From: Octopus vulgaris
Taxonomy: Eukaryota
Assembly: GCA_951406725.2 (NCBI GenBank)
Contig: OX597814.1
Location: forward strand, 72,478,001-72,542,000
Reading direction: 5' to 3'
Length of the DNA stretch: 64,000 bases
Shown here: positions 38,836 through 52,739 of the stretch, piece after piece
Layout: each line of letters starts with the position of its first letter
Position numbering within the stretch: the first letter of the stretch is position 1
Position numbers and translations under genes: made by a program
Notes under the pieces: model-generated
Databases searched by the model: none
What the model saw: the letters and a program-made list of their open reading frames with translations, nothing else
What the model was told of the DNA's origin: nothing

Positions 38836-39930
38836 GATTTGATTGATTTTGATTTTGATTTTTCCAGTTTCAGCTTATGAGCTGTGGCCATGCTGGGGCA
38901 CCGCCATTTGGTGTTGCTACTTGGTTTCACTTCATGAAGGCTTTCTAGCAGCTGCTATTTGGTGCATGAGAGAGATCGATGCAGCTGCCCTCATCTGCCC
39001 CTCCTGCCGAGAAGTTGGTTCATCTGGGACACCTGACAGGAAGAGATCCAGCTTCATTTTAAAGACATCTGTATCCACCCCATGCAGGTCTCTCAGGTTC
39101 TTCGGGAGGATATTGAAGAGCTGTGGGCCTCGGAAGCCCAGGCTATCACAGAATCTTGTCCTACATCTTGATGGCAAGTTTGGAGTCCTAGGCACCACGC
39201 AGTGGCGCCCAGTTCTGGCATTTGTGTAACTCTCGATGCCAAAGTTCAGGACACTTCCAGATGTATATTATGGCATATCTTTCCCGCCTATGCTCCAGGG
39301 AATATAATTTTAATTTCCTGAGTCTTTCCCAGTAGCTTACATTCTGCATAGAGGCTATCTTCTTTGTGTAGCTACGTTGGATCGCCTCGAGCTCTGTGAT
39401 CAACTTGACACTGGATGGTGACCATAACTGAGAGCAGTAGTCAAAGTGGCTTAGGACAAGTGTCCTCCAGAGGACCATCATGGTTTCTTGTTCTCTTGTT
39501 CTAAAGGTTCTGAGGATCCATCCGGCCAGTCGTCTACATTTCATTGCCAATTTAGCAACATGTACACGAAAGGTCGTGTCATCACTCATGTAAATACCTA
39601 GGTCACGCACTGATTGTGCCTCTGGGATTGCTATTCCTCCGGGTCCAGTGTATTCATTAGGTATTGCATTTAGTTTTGCATGCTGATAGTATAGAGCTTG
39701 AAACTTTTCAGCATTGAACTGCATGCTATTCTTTTCGGCCCACTTGTATATTTTGTCTAGCTCACATTGCAGGTGTTTAGTGTCCTCAGGGTTCTGTATT
39801 GCCTGTGAAACTTTTGTATCATCTGCATAACTTGTGATTGTGGCTCTCTGCGTGGCTGAGGGCATGTCTGAGAGGGCCATTATGAACAGTAGTGGTCCCA
39901 GAACAGTGCCCTGTGGAACACCGCTCACTA
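38836..39930 (-). mobile_element. CR1/L2-group LINE, 5'-truncated RT C-terminus
   Basis: SGVPQGTVLGPLLF, YADDTK, RDLGI, DYCSQLWSP, LYSLEHRRER, GPQLFNILP...FLSGVPDEP. Short (AAAATC)n tail. Nearly intact, with one frameshift near 39250. Confidence 0.92.
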
Positions 39931-40007
39931 TATACATACACATACATATATGTATATGTGTGTGTGTGTGTGTAGTTAATCCAAACATGAAAACACAAAG
40001 AGAAAAG

Positions 40008-40055
<48 letters not shown>

Positions 40056-40078
40056 CATACATATATACAAATACATAT

Positions 40079-40140
<62 letters not shown>

Positions 40141-40649
40141 ATATACACACACATACAAAAATGTATATAAATGCATAGTGAATGTAATTGAAATTGAAAC
40201 CATGTAATAGTGAAACTATTATATCATATTACAATAGAGATGTTATTGTTTCACTTTTGACACAATACTGAAACAGTGTAAGAGGTAAGAGATTGTTCTG
40301 GTCTCACATTAGGCAAGGAGTTGAAAATTTTTTTTTTTGGGGGGGGGGGCATGACACTCCATGGACCCTAAGTAAACGCATGTGTAAAATTTGAATGAAA
40401 TTGCTTAGGTAGTTCTCGAGTTTTAGTGATGCACACACACACACACATTCTTAGTTTTATATACATAGATATACTAATGTATACATATACACAATAAGTC
40501 CCCATGCATAAGTTTATGTGAATACACACACAACATTTACTGTTTGCATTTACATTTACACACACAACATTTACTATTGTGTTTATTATTGACTTTAATT
40601 TGTATTTTTGAACTTTTGTGTTGAACATTTTACATTTTATTTAGTTTTT

Positions 40650-42060
40650 CAATATGGCAACAAAATATACTGTTTTGGAGTGGCAAATAGTGGTCCCCCA
40701 AACAGTGGTTGCAAAGTTTTTCTGAGAGAACGGTGGTGTTAAGAACCTATTCTAAGGTTCTTGACACCATCACTGTGTTCTCACAGACTGATATTGAAAA
40801 AGAGTTGGTGGAGTACCTGCCAACAATTGGAAGGGGAGAAAATTTTTGTTTCTCCCCAGTTATGAAGGGAGGAGACTGGGTGTGTGGGCTGCCATCTGGT
40901 ATAGAGCCCAAATGGATAGAAGACACTATCAGTCGGGGTCTGAGTGGCAGCACTGCCAGGCTCTTGAATGTCTCCCTGCGGCTGATTGGGTGGGATCAAA
41001 AACAATTTTGATCCTATTGACCCAATCAGCCGATGATCTGGTTTTGCCAAATTTTCTAACAATGGTACCTGGTGATCCTTGAGGGACGCCCCCCCCCCCC
41101 CCCAAGTGTCACCTGTGCCTGGAATTGGGTCACATATAGTAAAACTGCCACCGGGACCAAGCAAAGGTCCCAGAACAGTTAATAGAAGAGTCCCTGTTCT
41201 CCCATTGGAGGGGGGGGAGAAGGAAGAAGTCGAGGAGAAGGCAACCCCATCGAAAAAGAAAGAAGGTGGGCAACAATGGTTGCCCATCAATGGATCCTGA
41301 GGTGGCGGGAGGAATGGAAGGACTTCCAGACAAGACGGAGGACTCCACCCTTCTGTTGTAAAGGAAAAGCGGAAACAAAAAAAGAAGAAGAATGGGACAT
41401 TGTCGGCAGTTGATGGTGAACTGCTGGCATGCCCGGAAACTTTGTTGCTGGGATGTGTGCCACTGACAGAGGAAACAGCGGCCCCTCCCAGAAGGAGGAA
41501 AGATGATTTTGTCATTTTCTTCCAGAAGGGAGGGGCAGTACAGAGCTTTGTAAAGAAGCTGGATGACTGGACAGTGGATGAGCTGGATGCCCTGGACAGT
41601 GGATGAGGATTGGCCTTTGCAGGTGACTATGAAGGTCATATTGGATGTCAGTATGTTCAGAGTGATGGGCACCTTCTCGAATGTTCAGATTTGTATTCTG
41701 GGGACCTGGACCTGGAGCAGTGCCTAAGGGTAGCGTACAGCCTGGTTGGGGAGGAGGATGATTGAGCTTTGTGTATAATATTTATATATATTATATGTAA
41801 TTATTGAACTATATTGTCGTTTGTAATGGACTGCTAAGTCCAAAAATTGAAAAGTTGTAAATGTTGTAAGAGGTTTAATACCTCATTTTGTGTTTGGTTT
41901 TAAAAAACAATGTTTTAGAGAAGCAAAAGTCAGCGGGTGCTTTTTGTCGTTTCCCATCTTTATCATTTTTGCTTTGTTAGCATTCATTTCATTAATGTCC
42001 TTGTTCAGCCTGCAAATTTACTACTCTATGTACTGCCTTTATGGCAAATATAATGAAATA
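40650..42060 (+). mobile_element. Probable non-autonomous L1/Tx1-like derivative (ORF1 remnant + tail)
   Basis: Interrupted ORF MATKY...ERTVVLRTYSK...IGRG...VWVCGLPSGIEPKW resembles the ORF1 at 53100-53500. Tail GCCTTTATGGCAAATA...AATAAA. No RT. Confidence 0.4.
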
Positions 42061-42879
42061 AAGTAGCTTGCTTACCAACCACATGGTTCTGGGTTCAGTC
42101 CCACTGTATGGCACCTTGGGCAAGTGTCTTCTACTGTAGCCTCAGGCCAACCAAAGCCTTGTGAGTGGATTTGGTAGATGCAAAACAGACTGATAAAATA
42201 AGTACTAGGCTTACAAAGAATATGTCCTGGGGTCGATTTGCTTGACTAAAGGCAGTGCTCCAGCATAGCCACAGTCAAATGACTGAAACAAATAAAGAAC
42301 ATAAAAGAATGAGTAATCTATATACGGAAGAAAGGCAAAGCCAACTTTGGTGGAATTTAAATCGGAATTTAGGGATGGGCGAAATATCACTAAACATTTT
42401 GCCCAGCTCACTAAAGGTTCTGCCAGCATTGCTGCTGTATTAACAATAATAGCAATGATAAATAAATATAATGATAGTAATAATTATAAAAAAACATAAG
42501 ATAACTAAAAAATTCATTTGGACATTCGATATCTTTAAAACTCCTTTTGGGTAATGAAAGATGTTCGTTTTTGGGTGTGCATTTAAAATCAATGTTGAAA
42601 GGTTCTGTAGGCAAATTGCAATATAAAAAAAAGCTTTCATATGGTATATAAAGGGGGTGCATTTAAGAGAAAAACTTAAAATGTAATAAAAATTAAAATA
42701 TAGTTTGTATCCAGTAGAAGGTTTCCTTGAAAGGTGAAAATGTAAAATGAATGTTATACAAAGTGATGCTGGTTTAAGTGAAATAATCAAATTCAAATTG
42801 TAATTCATAGTTTTCACTGGGCACACTGAATGGAGCTTCTGCCTACACCTTTCCTACAAATCATACAGGGCTACCTACC

Positions 42880-43300
42880 TACCTACCTTAGTCTTTCCTC
42901 AGTTAACCTTAAGGTCCTTAGCTTCCAGGTTTTGCTTCCACACCTGGTATTTCTTGTCTGTCTCTGATATGGAACTGCTATGAGGGCAAGATCATCAGTA
43001 TATAGTAGTTCCCAGGGACTTGCCTGTCTTGAACTCCACTGTTATGTCCTGGAGGACAATATCAAAAGGAGGGGGCTAAGGACTGAGCCTTGATGAAGCT
43101 CTACTTGTACTGGTGTGCTTGTGGCTAAGTCTCACCTTACAGACAGTGTCTTTGTACATGGCCTGTACAGCTTTCATCAGCCAATTGTCTATCCCTAGCC
43201 TCCTCAGAGCCCACCATATCACACAGTGGGATTTTCTGTAGATCAATGAATGCCAAGTATAATGGTTTATTCTTAGCTACGTACTTCTCTTCTAGCATAT
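42880..43300 (-). mobile_element. Old RTE RT fragment
   Basis: Reverse complement reads LRRLGIDNWLMKAVQAMYKD...GSVLSPLL...ELLYTDDLAL, homologous to 24500-24720. Confidence 0.7.
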
Positions 43301-44182
43301 TGAGTAACTACATAGATTTGCTATCATTGGTTTGAGTTCTATTTTGGCTTGAGAAGTGTAGAGATTGAATGAAATTGTCTGATTCTATGGTGTAAATAAT
43401 TAAATGGACTATATTGGATGTGGAGTATCCGGGCTAAGTATTTCTAATGTTAGAGTGCATTGCTCTTTCATTGGAACCTATGATAAGTTTCAAAACTGTT
43501 ATTGTTAGGCTCATTTTCAAAATTTTGGGAATTTGACACTGTTAGTTAGAGAGGTTTATTGTTGGTGAAGTAAAGGATTCCTTCATGTCTTTCTTTATAA
43601 GTGTAAGTTGGTGTAAGCTTTGATTTTGTTAGTCCTATGTCTTTTAAACATTTGGATTTCTCAGTTACTCTCTTAGTTTTCGAAAAAGTTATCAGCATAT
43701 CTGTATATAAATAAGATATGCTCTTTCATTTACTCCTTGTTTTTTGGGGTTTTTTTTCAAGAACGTGTGCATTTTTTTAGTCTATTTTTTACCTTTAATT
43801 ATTATGCTATTATATTTTTGTGCTAAATGTATTATGATATTTTTGTTGTTCTGAAGAATATTGATGGAATTATTTTGCTCTGAGATGTTTTGTGATATCT
43901 GTGGAGGAGATCCACTAAATATTTTAATAACAAACCAAATTCAGGACTGAGTGCAAGATGAAATAAATATTTATGCATCATTAAAATTGGCACATTCTTA
44001 TCATATGATGATCACTTATGTGATACAATTATGTATCAAACTGAAAGAAATGTATATATGTAAAATATTGCATCTGATGATGATCACAGAATCTATATCA
44101 CATATATAAAACAAAATAGTGATATGAATAGTTTTCCCAATATCTATTGTTATAATATATTTTATATTTTCTTTTCATTCAG

Positions 44183-44327
44183 TTGCAGCCTCGAATGTTT
44201 CATGTAGCTGTTAATACTCGGAATTATATGCTGTTGATAGGAGGCCGGACTATAGATAGATCACCAATTAAAGATATTCTTTTGTATCATTTTAAATGCA
44301 ATACATGGCAGAACATTTCCTTCAAAG
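44183..44327 (+). CDS. MEGF8: MEGF8-like internal exon D (Kelch repeat)
   Basis: tttcattcAG acceptor and AAG|GTAATC donor. LQPRMFHVAV...MLLIGGRT...DILLYHFKCNTW resembles MEGF8 PRLFHA...VLGGRS...DVLLYQVNCNAW. Phase 0 to 1. Confidence 0.92.
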
Positions 44328-45824
44328 GTAATCATGTTATTTGTCAAACATATTATTTAAATTATTTGAAATTGACTTAATCTGAAATTATCTATTTATA
44401 TAACATTGAAAATATCAGAGAGAAAAGAGATTATGTTAAAAAGAGAAAAGAGATCAATGCTGAAATGACTGGAAATAAGAGGTCCAGGATTTGAATATTA
44501 ATTTAAAAATATGAAATGCTATTAGCATCAAATATATTTTATCATAATATATAAAAAAAATTCCAATTCCAAGTATCTCTTAGTTGTCATAAGAATTAAA
44601 TATGAGATAGCAAAGAAATAATTAAAATTTCTTCATTCATTCATATGGATGTGAGTATGACACCACTCATGGATGTATCTGGGTGTGGCTTTCCATTTTC
44701 CAAGTATAGTATCTGTAAATATTCTCACTGTAGACGGAAAAGTGTAAACACACCAGGTCATTTTAGAGTGCCCTCTATCCAGATCAATGGATGCATGCAT
44801 TTTGTTGTGGTTATCCTATCACATTGAACACTGGAGATATGTAGAACAGTATCATTATCTTTATCAGTCACCTGTCTTCTGTGCTGGCATGGATTTGATG
44901 GTTTGACAGGATCCAACAGGTCAGAAGATTGCATTGTACTGAGCTCCAAGTCAATTTTGGCATGGTTTCCACAGCTGGATGCCTTTCCTAATACCAACAA
45001 CAGAGTGTACTGGGTGCCTTTTTGTGTTACCAACTAGGTAACTTGCAAGATAAGATCCTCTCAACTTAGTGAGGGTGTAGTATTGAGGGAGGTGGCTTAA
45101 TGCCAAGTGTTGAGAGGTAAAAGTATGATAGGAAGATAGGAACAGGCGACTTGCTGTCGAAGAGATACATAGCTACCCCAGCTGGATAGGGGAAGTGAAA
45201 GTTGCTGGTGTCAGGATATGCACTCAAAACATAAAAAGGTGATTATATACAGAAGAACAGGAGTGGTAGGCAGATAAGTTTGCAAGAGTGTGAGGAGAAT
45301 GATAGTTGGTTAGATGTGGAGACATAGGTGAATGCAGTGAATGGCAAACAGTGGAGGATGGTCAATGATAAATATCAGTTTAGGAGGGAAGATGAAGGAA
45401 ATAAGAGGGGGTCAAGGAGGAGGATGAGAAGGCAGGTGGCAGTACAGAATAAGGTAGGTGGAGAGCAACATTATAACAGAATTGTGTAGGTGAAAATTAG
45501 GGGGATGATGTGAAGTGTGGATGGGAAAGGAGAATACACACTAACAGGGGTGAAGATCAGAGATAGATTTGAGAGAGCAACAAACAATAGGTGGGGTGAT
45601 GGCTGATATGAGGTGTTTAATGGAAAATACAGTAGTTAGGGATAATATTGAGAATGCAGGGTGGGTGACAAGGGGAGGTGGCTCCAAAAAGTGGGGAAAA
45701 TGGTTGTATTAATGAGGGATGAAATATGTGTCTCTGTTTTCATATGATTACAGTAGCTGGGTAAATAATGCTGTAGTTAGAAGAGTGGTGGGTATTGGGA
45801 GGATGAATTACGAAGAAGGCTTGA

Positions 45825-47020
45825 CAGGCTTTGGACAAAATTATGGAAATCCAACTTTTTATTTAACTATTTTTTTCTTTTGGTAAATATAACAAATTCA
45901 AAACTGTTCTTGTTTAAGTATGTGTTCATATGCAATATGTATACCTTGTACTTTATGATATAACCCTTTGTTTTCTTTTCCTTTTCTTTTCTCTCTCTTT
46001 TTTTTTTTGAGGTATTTATATTTAAATAAGTTAAAATGCATGACCAATCTGATTTCCAAAGAAGACAAATAGTTGGAGTGTGGATGGTTGGAGTTTCATT
46101 CACTAATATTTCAAGAAGTGCTGTCTCTTAAACCATGTTGGCATTTCAAAACCAAGGTATAACTTGCTCTGACATGCATAATTCTGAGCAGAGGCAAATT
46201 TCACTGAGAGGGACCAAAGAATAATGAAATGTATTGTGTTTAAAAATCATTAACTACTGCAGCAAAAGTGAAAGCAGAGCTTAACCCCCACTTGCCAACC
46301 ATTTGTCAACCAGAACCATTTGCTGTGAGCTCTATAAAGCTGATACCATAAGTGAGCTACAACTGATAAATCTCTCCTGTCTCTCATTGATATTGGTAAG
46401 TGGAAAAAATGGTATCCACACAAACAGCAAGTGGCCATTTTGGAGCAAGTTTTTGTTTGGAGACAGCACAAAGAAACTCTCAACTCAGTTTGGCTCCCTA
46501 CCATGAAGCATAGCAGTGGCTCTGTGATTTCGGTACTAATATCACAGAATATTCTTGGCCTTTTTAATGTTCTACATGGTGGAGTTAACACCAGTATTTT
46601 GGCTGATCATATCCAATATATAGTACAGATTTTGTTCCTGATGGTAGTGCAATCTTCCAGGACAATGATGAACATGATAAATATTATTCAAAGCTGGTGT
46701 GACAATCTCAAAAGTGAAGTTGACTACTTGGACTGCCTCTTCTTCCCACAGTCTCTAGATCTGGATATAATCAAACATATATAGTGCATTTTCAAGCTGC
46801 AAGGAAAGAGCCACTTCCCTCTGCCATCATTGCTGAAAGAGCTAAAACATGTTTTACTTGAAGAATAGATCAAAATTTTCCTAACAACCATTCAGAATCT
46901 GTATGAGTTAATTCTAAAATGTATCAAAGCTGTGATTGATGTCCAAGATGAGTCAACTCTGTGTTAAATAATAAAACTTCCATTTAACAAGTTGTTTCCA
47001 TTATTTTGTCTTACCTTCAG
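45825..47020 (+). mobile_element. Decayed Tc1-like transposon
   Basis: TIR core GACAAAATTATGGAAA (45835) pairs with TTTCCATTATTTTGTC (46995). SDFQRRQIVG, PTMKHSSGSVI, IFQDND, PQSLDLDIIKHI. Confidence 0.8.
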
Positions 47021-47760
47021 ACATGGAGCAAGAGTGAAACCTTGTTTTATCCTTTGTGTACTAAAAGGGTACCCCTTCAACATCTCCTTAGCAACTGTCC
47101 TGGAGTCTTAGCCAATGGCCAGTACTGTTGATGACATGACCAAGTGCTCAGGGTAGTTATGAAAGTGATATTGACAGCCATTCAGTTAATACCACCCCAG
47201 GAAAGAGGCTATCATCACTTTTCTCTGAGCTGGAGAGAAATCCAGTTCACTGAAACTTCAACCCCACAGCCTTAGATTGGCATCTGAACGTAGATCTTGT
47301 AGAAAGTTTCCAGGTCATATCATAGCAACAACACTCTTCCCAAATATAGTGATCTCAAATTCCACCAAACAAGTGATCGTGTGGGAACTGACTTTGCACT
47401 GAGAGGAACACATGGAAGAAGTTCATGTGAGGAAGCTTGCCAGATTGGTAGAGACGTGCAGAAATTGGAGCTGGCAGGCATGCTGCAAGGCAGTAGAAAT
47501 GGGCTATTGAGGTTTTGTGGAACCTATATTCTGAAAACCTCTGGCAGGCCTTGGAGTTACTGGTGCAGTAAAAAGGAGTACTATAAATTCTGTCTGTGAA
47601 ACTGCAAAGAAAGTTACTATGGGGCTTTGGAATAGGGGTCAGACCAATAGTTTGGTACTACTAGGACGTATGCTGATTCTTGATCAATCTTGGCTGGGTT
47701 AACTGGGCCAGGGGGTCTGATGTTGAAACCCATAAGATCCTAGAAACATTACTGACAATA
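47020..47760 (+). mobile_element. HERO/NeSL-like RLE non-LTR retrotransposon 3' fragment
   Basis: LC...LQHLLSNCPGVLANGQY...HDQVLR (CCHC region), PNIVIS...KQVIVWELT...EEHMEEVHVRKLA, EMGY*GF (similar to EVGCRGF). Confidence 0.65.
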
Positions 47761-47840
47761 CGTTCCAGAGATTCTATGAGATGTATTTTAAACAATATGT
47801 ATATAGTCTATACATCTATATTTGTGTATGTTTGTGTGCT

Positions 47841-47873
<33 letters not shown>

Positions 47874-47959
47874 GAATGTATGCATATCAGTTCTGTTTTT
47901 AATTATTTAAATTCTTCCTCTGAGGAAGGAGCTGGTTTCTACAAAGACACAAAGCTCCA

Positions 47960-49135
47960 TCTTTGTAATGTAGATAACGAAAGCAATGTCACATATTAAA
48001 CCTGAGAAAAGTCTTGTATAGTTTTACTGTTCCATTTACAGATTGTATTTGTAATGTGCAAATCAGTTGGTTGATTTCTTTTTCTGAAAATCCAACCCTG
48101 TCCAGATTGATAGTTAAGCATTTACTTACTAACTCAATTGCTTCAGTTATTGTTGGTGTTAATATAAGTTTGTAATCCGGATATAGAAGCTGGAGGTTTC
48201 AGAGCAGTTGTCGATATTTGTCTTTTTTTATTTGATTTTCAAAGAGATATTCATATCAGCAGGACAACTTTATGATGGTACATACTTATCTGTCCCAAAC
48301 AATAATATCCAGCCTGTTATTGCTTACACTTGACAGATGTTTTGATGGGAATGTTCCACCAGATTTCCTTGTGCTGGTGTTTGTGTACGTATTCAATAAC
48401 AGGAGGATTCTCTATATTTATTCCAGGATAGTCTTTCTTCCAAATAGAATTGTATATTGTTTTCGTGATATCATGTCATATAGGGAGGTAATACCTTGAT
48501 GACATTTTTGGGCTGCTAATCACTTGTGTGATGTCATCCACAGAAATTTAAAATAATCTACATTTTCAGTTATCTTAGTTGATTAGGTATTTAGTAGCAA
48601 TCTGCTGTTCTTGGATTGCAAATGTACAGCCTTCAAAGTGTGATGTGATGTAGTGGTCCAAGAAAGGCCTTACTTCATGTCAATGTCATTATCTTCTTCA
48701 AGTCTTCAGGAAACATACTAATGCATGGTCTCTTTTGGTATGCTGAGCGTTTCCCCTCCAGGTCTTCTTTGAGGTATGCTAGTCTGGCTGATTTGGGGTT
48801 GTATGGAAGGTTGTCAGGAACAGAACACTTTCTGAGAAGCTCACTTCCAACATGTAAGATATTGTTTTTTTTACTTTTCAGCACTAAGTTAATGTATATA
48901 TTTCTGCTGCTGTTGTTTAGTAAGTGCTGTCTGAGAGAGACTTCTGACATTTGAAGACTGTCTGCGGTGATCTCAAGCCTCTACCTCCTTATCTCTTCAT
49001 TGGTAGAACCTCATGATATCGCTATTTTTGTGGAGAATTTCAGTTGATATTAGAATCTTGCAGGTTTGATGTCTTTGGGGTGAACTTCTTTGACAGACTA
49101 CTCAAGTATCCCAAATGTTTGAATCAGCACTAATA
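47960..49135 (-). mobile_element. R4/Dong-like RLE non-LTR retrotransposon 3' fragment
   Basis: Minus strand reads ITSHFEGCTFAIQEQQIATKY, DITQVISSPKMSSRYYLPI*HD and SNNRLDIIVWD..CTIIKLSC (similar to RPDI..E, PD-(D/E)xK). A degenerate RLY..GGRGL region lies near 49000. Confidence 0.7.
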
Positions 49136-49670
49136 CTGCAAATGTGTGTGTGTGTGTGTGTGTGTGCGTGTGTGTGTGTGCATGTGCATGTGTGTGTGTG
49201 TGTGTGCATTATGTAATTGGGGTAAAACTTAAGCTGTATCCTCTTGAAGCATATCTGCTTATCCGAGTATTACAGTTCAGCATGTACATGAGGTACATAT
49301 TAAAGTTGAAAATTCTGAAAATATTGTTAGCAGAGTTATTATATAACAAAACAGGAACTTGGAGAATTTTTTTGGCATTATAATGCTCATAAACAATTAT
49401 TTATTCACCATTACACATGTTTCATTTGCTAACAGGCATCACAAAATTATATAGGTTCGATCCAACATGTAAGAAATTTCCTATTAGAAATTCTTCAGAC
49501 AGATATTCAAATAATAGAAAATTTACATTTGGATAAAGCATTTATAAATAGTTAATAATTAAGAGTAGTATAGATAGTTGGAAAAGAGAATAAAGAACAA
49601 ATCAAATGATAAAGATAATGTGTGTGTATATGTGTATATGTGCATATATATATATGTGTATATATATATA

Positions 49671-49752
<82 letters not shown>

Positions 49753-49810
49753 GTGTGTGCTGTTCCATTATGGTAAGATCAACAAAAAAGTACTCTGGTG
49801 AGACACAAAT

Positions 49811-50134
<324 letters not shown>

Positions 50135-50799
50135 TACAGGAAGGATATAATATCCAGGCAGATACCAAATTTCTCTGAGTAGAATGCCAAGACTGGTTCC
50201 TTCTGATGGTGCATTTTTTGGTAATCTTCCTTTAGCTCCCATTTGATAGTTTATTTCTTGGCTACATAGAGTGTAAAGTACAATATTTATAAGGAGAATG
50301 AATGGAATGAGGAATTTGAACATTCAAACTTTATGGTTATTTCCAGTTAGTTCATTCGTAATAATAGTCCAACACATATTTCAGTCACACCAATTGCATA
50401 TTGTTGCATATTGAAATGCAGCGATTTATGTATTATTAGTGTGATCTCTCCAGGACATAAACACATGACATTTTTCAAAGAGGAATTTTCCTCTGCTATT
50501 AGTTTAAATTAAGCTTGATAGTAGTTGTAAACCATGACATTCTTCTGTGAGATGTTTTTCTCAATTGTTTGTTTAAGTTAGCAAATGTTCTTGGCTGGGC
50601 AGGAAATGGTTCCTTATAAAATACTTATTTTTTATTGATTCTTCATAATTCATAGTCACAAGGTATATTGATGGATTTCAGAGTTGATTGTATTATTTGA
50701 AATTTGTGAAAGTTATTAATAGTAGTAATGGATAATTACGTAGCAGTAAGAAGCATGTGGTTATTAAAATGAAGTAGTCAGTTGTATTTTAAATTCTTC

Positions 50800-51452
50800 T
50801 AACTTATTATTATTGTGTTTAAATGTTTTTAGGTTATTTATAATCTTAAATTGAATTCTATTCTTATAGTCTTTATATGCATCTTTATTATTATAGTTAT
50901 TGTATATAGTTTAGAGAAAAATATTTTATTGAAATTATATAAATTAATGCATTCTATTATTTAATTTTTTAAAAAAGAAAACTTTGTTTGTGTAAGCAAT
51001 TAAAACTTCTTTTCTGTTTAGTGTTAACTAAATTATTTTTTGAAATAGATATTTGGTATAATTCCTCCAGGTATAAATTGTATCTCTCATCTCCTATTTT
51101 ATAAAGTTTCATAGTACTAATAAAATTAAATATTCATTAAAATAGGAAATTATTAGTACTGCAAAACCTTATAAAATAGAAACAAAAGATGCAATTTTGC
51201 CTGGAGGTATAGTACCAAATATTTATTTGTTAAAATAGGTTAGTTAACACTAGACAAGAAAGAAGTTTTAATTGCTTACACAACATTTTCTATTTAAATA
51301 ATACAATACATTAATTTATATAATTTCAATAAACTTTTTCCTCTGAGCATAACTATAATATCAAAGACATATAAAGAATATAGAATAGAGTTAAATTTAC
51401 GATGATATATAATATAACCTAAAAACACTTTAAAACAATAGTAATAACTAAC
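50800..51452. mobile_element. AT-rich fold-back (MITE-like) element, ~320-bp arms
   Basis: TGTGTAAGCAATTAAAACTTCTTT pairs with AAAGAAGTTTTAATTGCTTACACA, CCTCCAGG with CCTGGAGG, and AGTACTAATAA with TTATTAGTACT, around a ~25-bp spacer. Confidence 0.85.
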
Positions 51453-52739
51453 TGGACCCATGAAGAATTCACGGAAAACATAAAAAGTGTAAGCATCTGC
51501 AAACAGTGTTCTGGTGCCATGAGAAATGTTTGTATATTATGACTGTCTGTCTTTATTTTCTGAGTTCAAATTCTGCCGAGGTCAACTATGCCTTTCATCT
51601 TTTTGAGGTTGATAAATTAAGTGCCAGTTGCATACTGATCTAATCAACTGGCCTCTCCCCATAAAAATTTCAGGCCTAGAAAAGTATATTGTGACAGTTA
51701 CAGAATATAGAATGTAATGTAACACCAATGACTATATAATTCAACTAAAATATCTCAGTCACACAAACATAAACGGAATTACTATTTAACCTTAAAAACC
51801 ATCGTACATATTCAAAGAACCTTCTTGCAGAACGTTTTTCTTGTATTCTTTTATTCTTTTACTCGTTTTAGTCATTTGACGGTGGCCATGCTGGAGCACC
51901 ACCCTTTAGTTGAAGAAATTGACCCCTGGACTTAGTCCCTGTAAGCCTGGTGCTTATTCTATCAGTCTCTTCTGCTGAACAGCTAAATTACGGGGCCACA
52001 AATGTATTAATATCGATTGTCAAGCAATGGTGGTGGTGGTGGGACAAGCACAGACACAAACACACACACAAACACACACACATACATATATGCATATGTA
52101 TATATGACGAGCTTGGAGGTAGTGGTGATGCTGGCTGGTGTGATTTTTGTGGTTTGCTGGTATGCCGAGAGATCCAGCAGGCCCCTAACTGGTTCCCCAA
52201 TCTTAAAGGTGTAATGCGGATGTGTAATGATGACACATCAACGGATGAGCCAGAAATTCTAACTTAAAAAATAAAGAAAGATAAAGACAACGTTGTATTC
52301 CAAAGCCAGCTGAAGTGTATTTTTATAATGAAAACAAATTCAGACTTTAAATTTTAGAGCAAAACACCACGTCTTTTGGTGTATGGCTGTAGTTGAAATG
52401 GGTTAAAACAAATGTGTGTGCATGTGTGTGGTTGGGCCTTTAATAGCAGTTTATGGTCAGACTCAGAAAGGAATTCAAAAGAGCAACATGTACAATTGTA
52501 TATATACAAACATACCCATGCATGCACACACATACACAAACATATCTAGAGAGAGTGGCAGTCAGACAGACAAACAGACAGTGTCAGATAGTCCACAACG
52601 AAGTCTTCACCTCTCTCCTTTTCTCTCTCTGTCTCTTTCTCTCTTCCTACATGTTGCTTACCACAGACTGGAATTGTATTTCGGTCATGTTATTCTTTGC
52701 TCCACTGTGAAAGATTGTTTTTGTACTGAAGTTTGTGAA

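Noticed and set aside
32807-40203. Many long overlapping ORFs rich in H/T/C/V/Y/I
   Set aside because: They are translations of (CA)n, (TG)n and (TA)n tracts, which lack stop codons. Only the GIY-YIG and RT portions are real.
47915-47965. HHR-like CTGAGGA-A-GGAGCT...AGCTCC
   Set aside because: No GAAA follows stem II and there is no stem I or III.
49465-49502. Minus-strand CTGAAGA-ATTTC...GAAAT HHR candidate
   Set aside because: I could not build GAAA plus stems III and I consistently.
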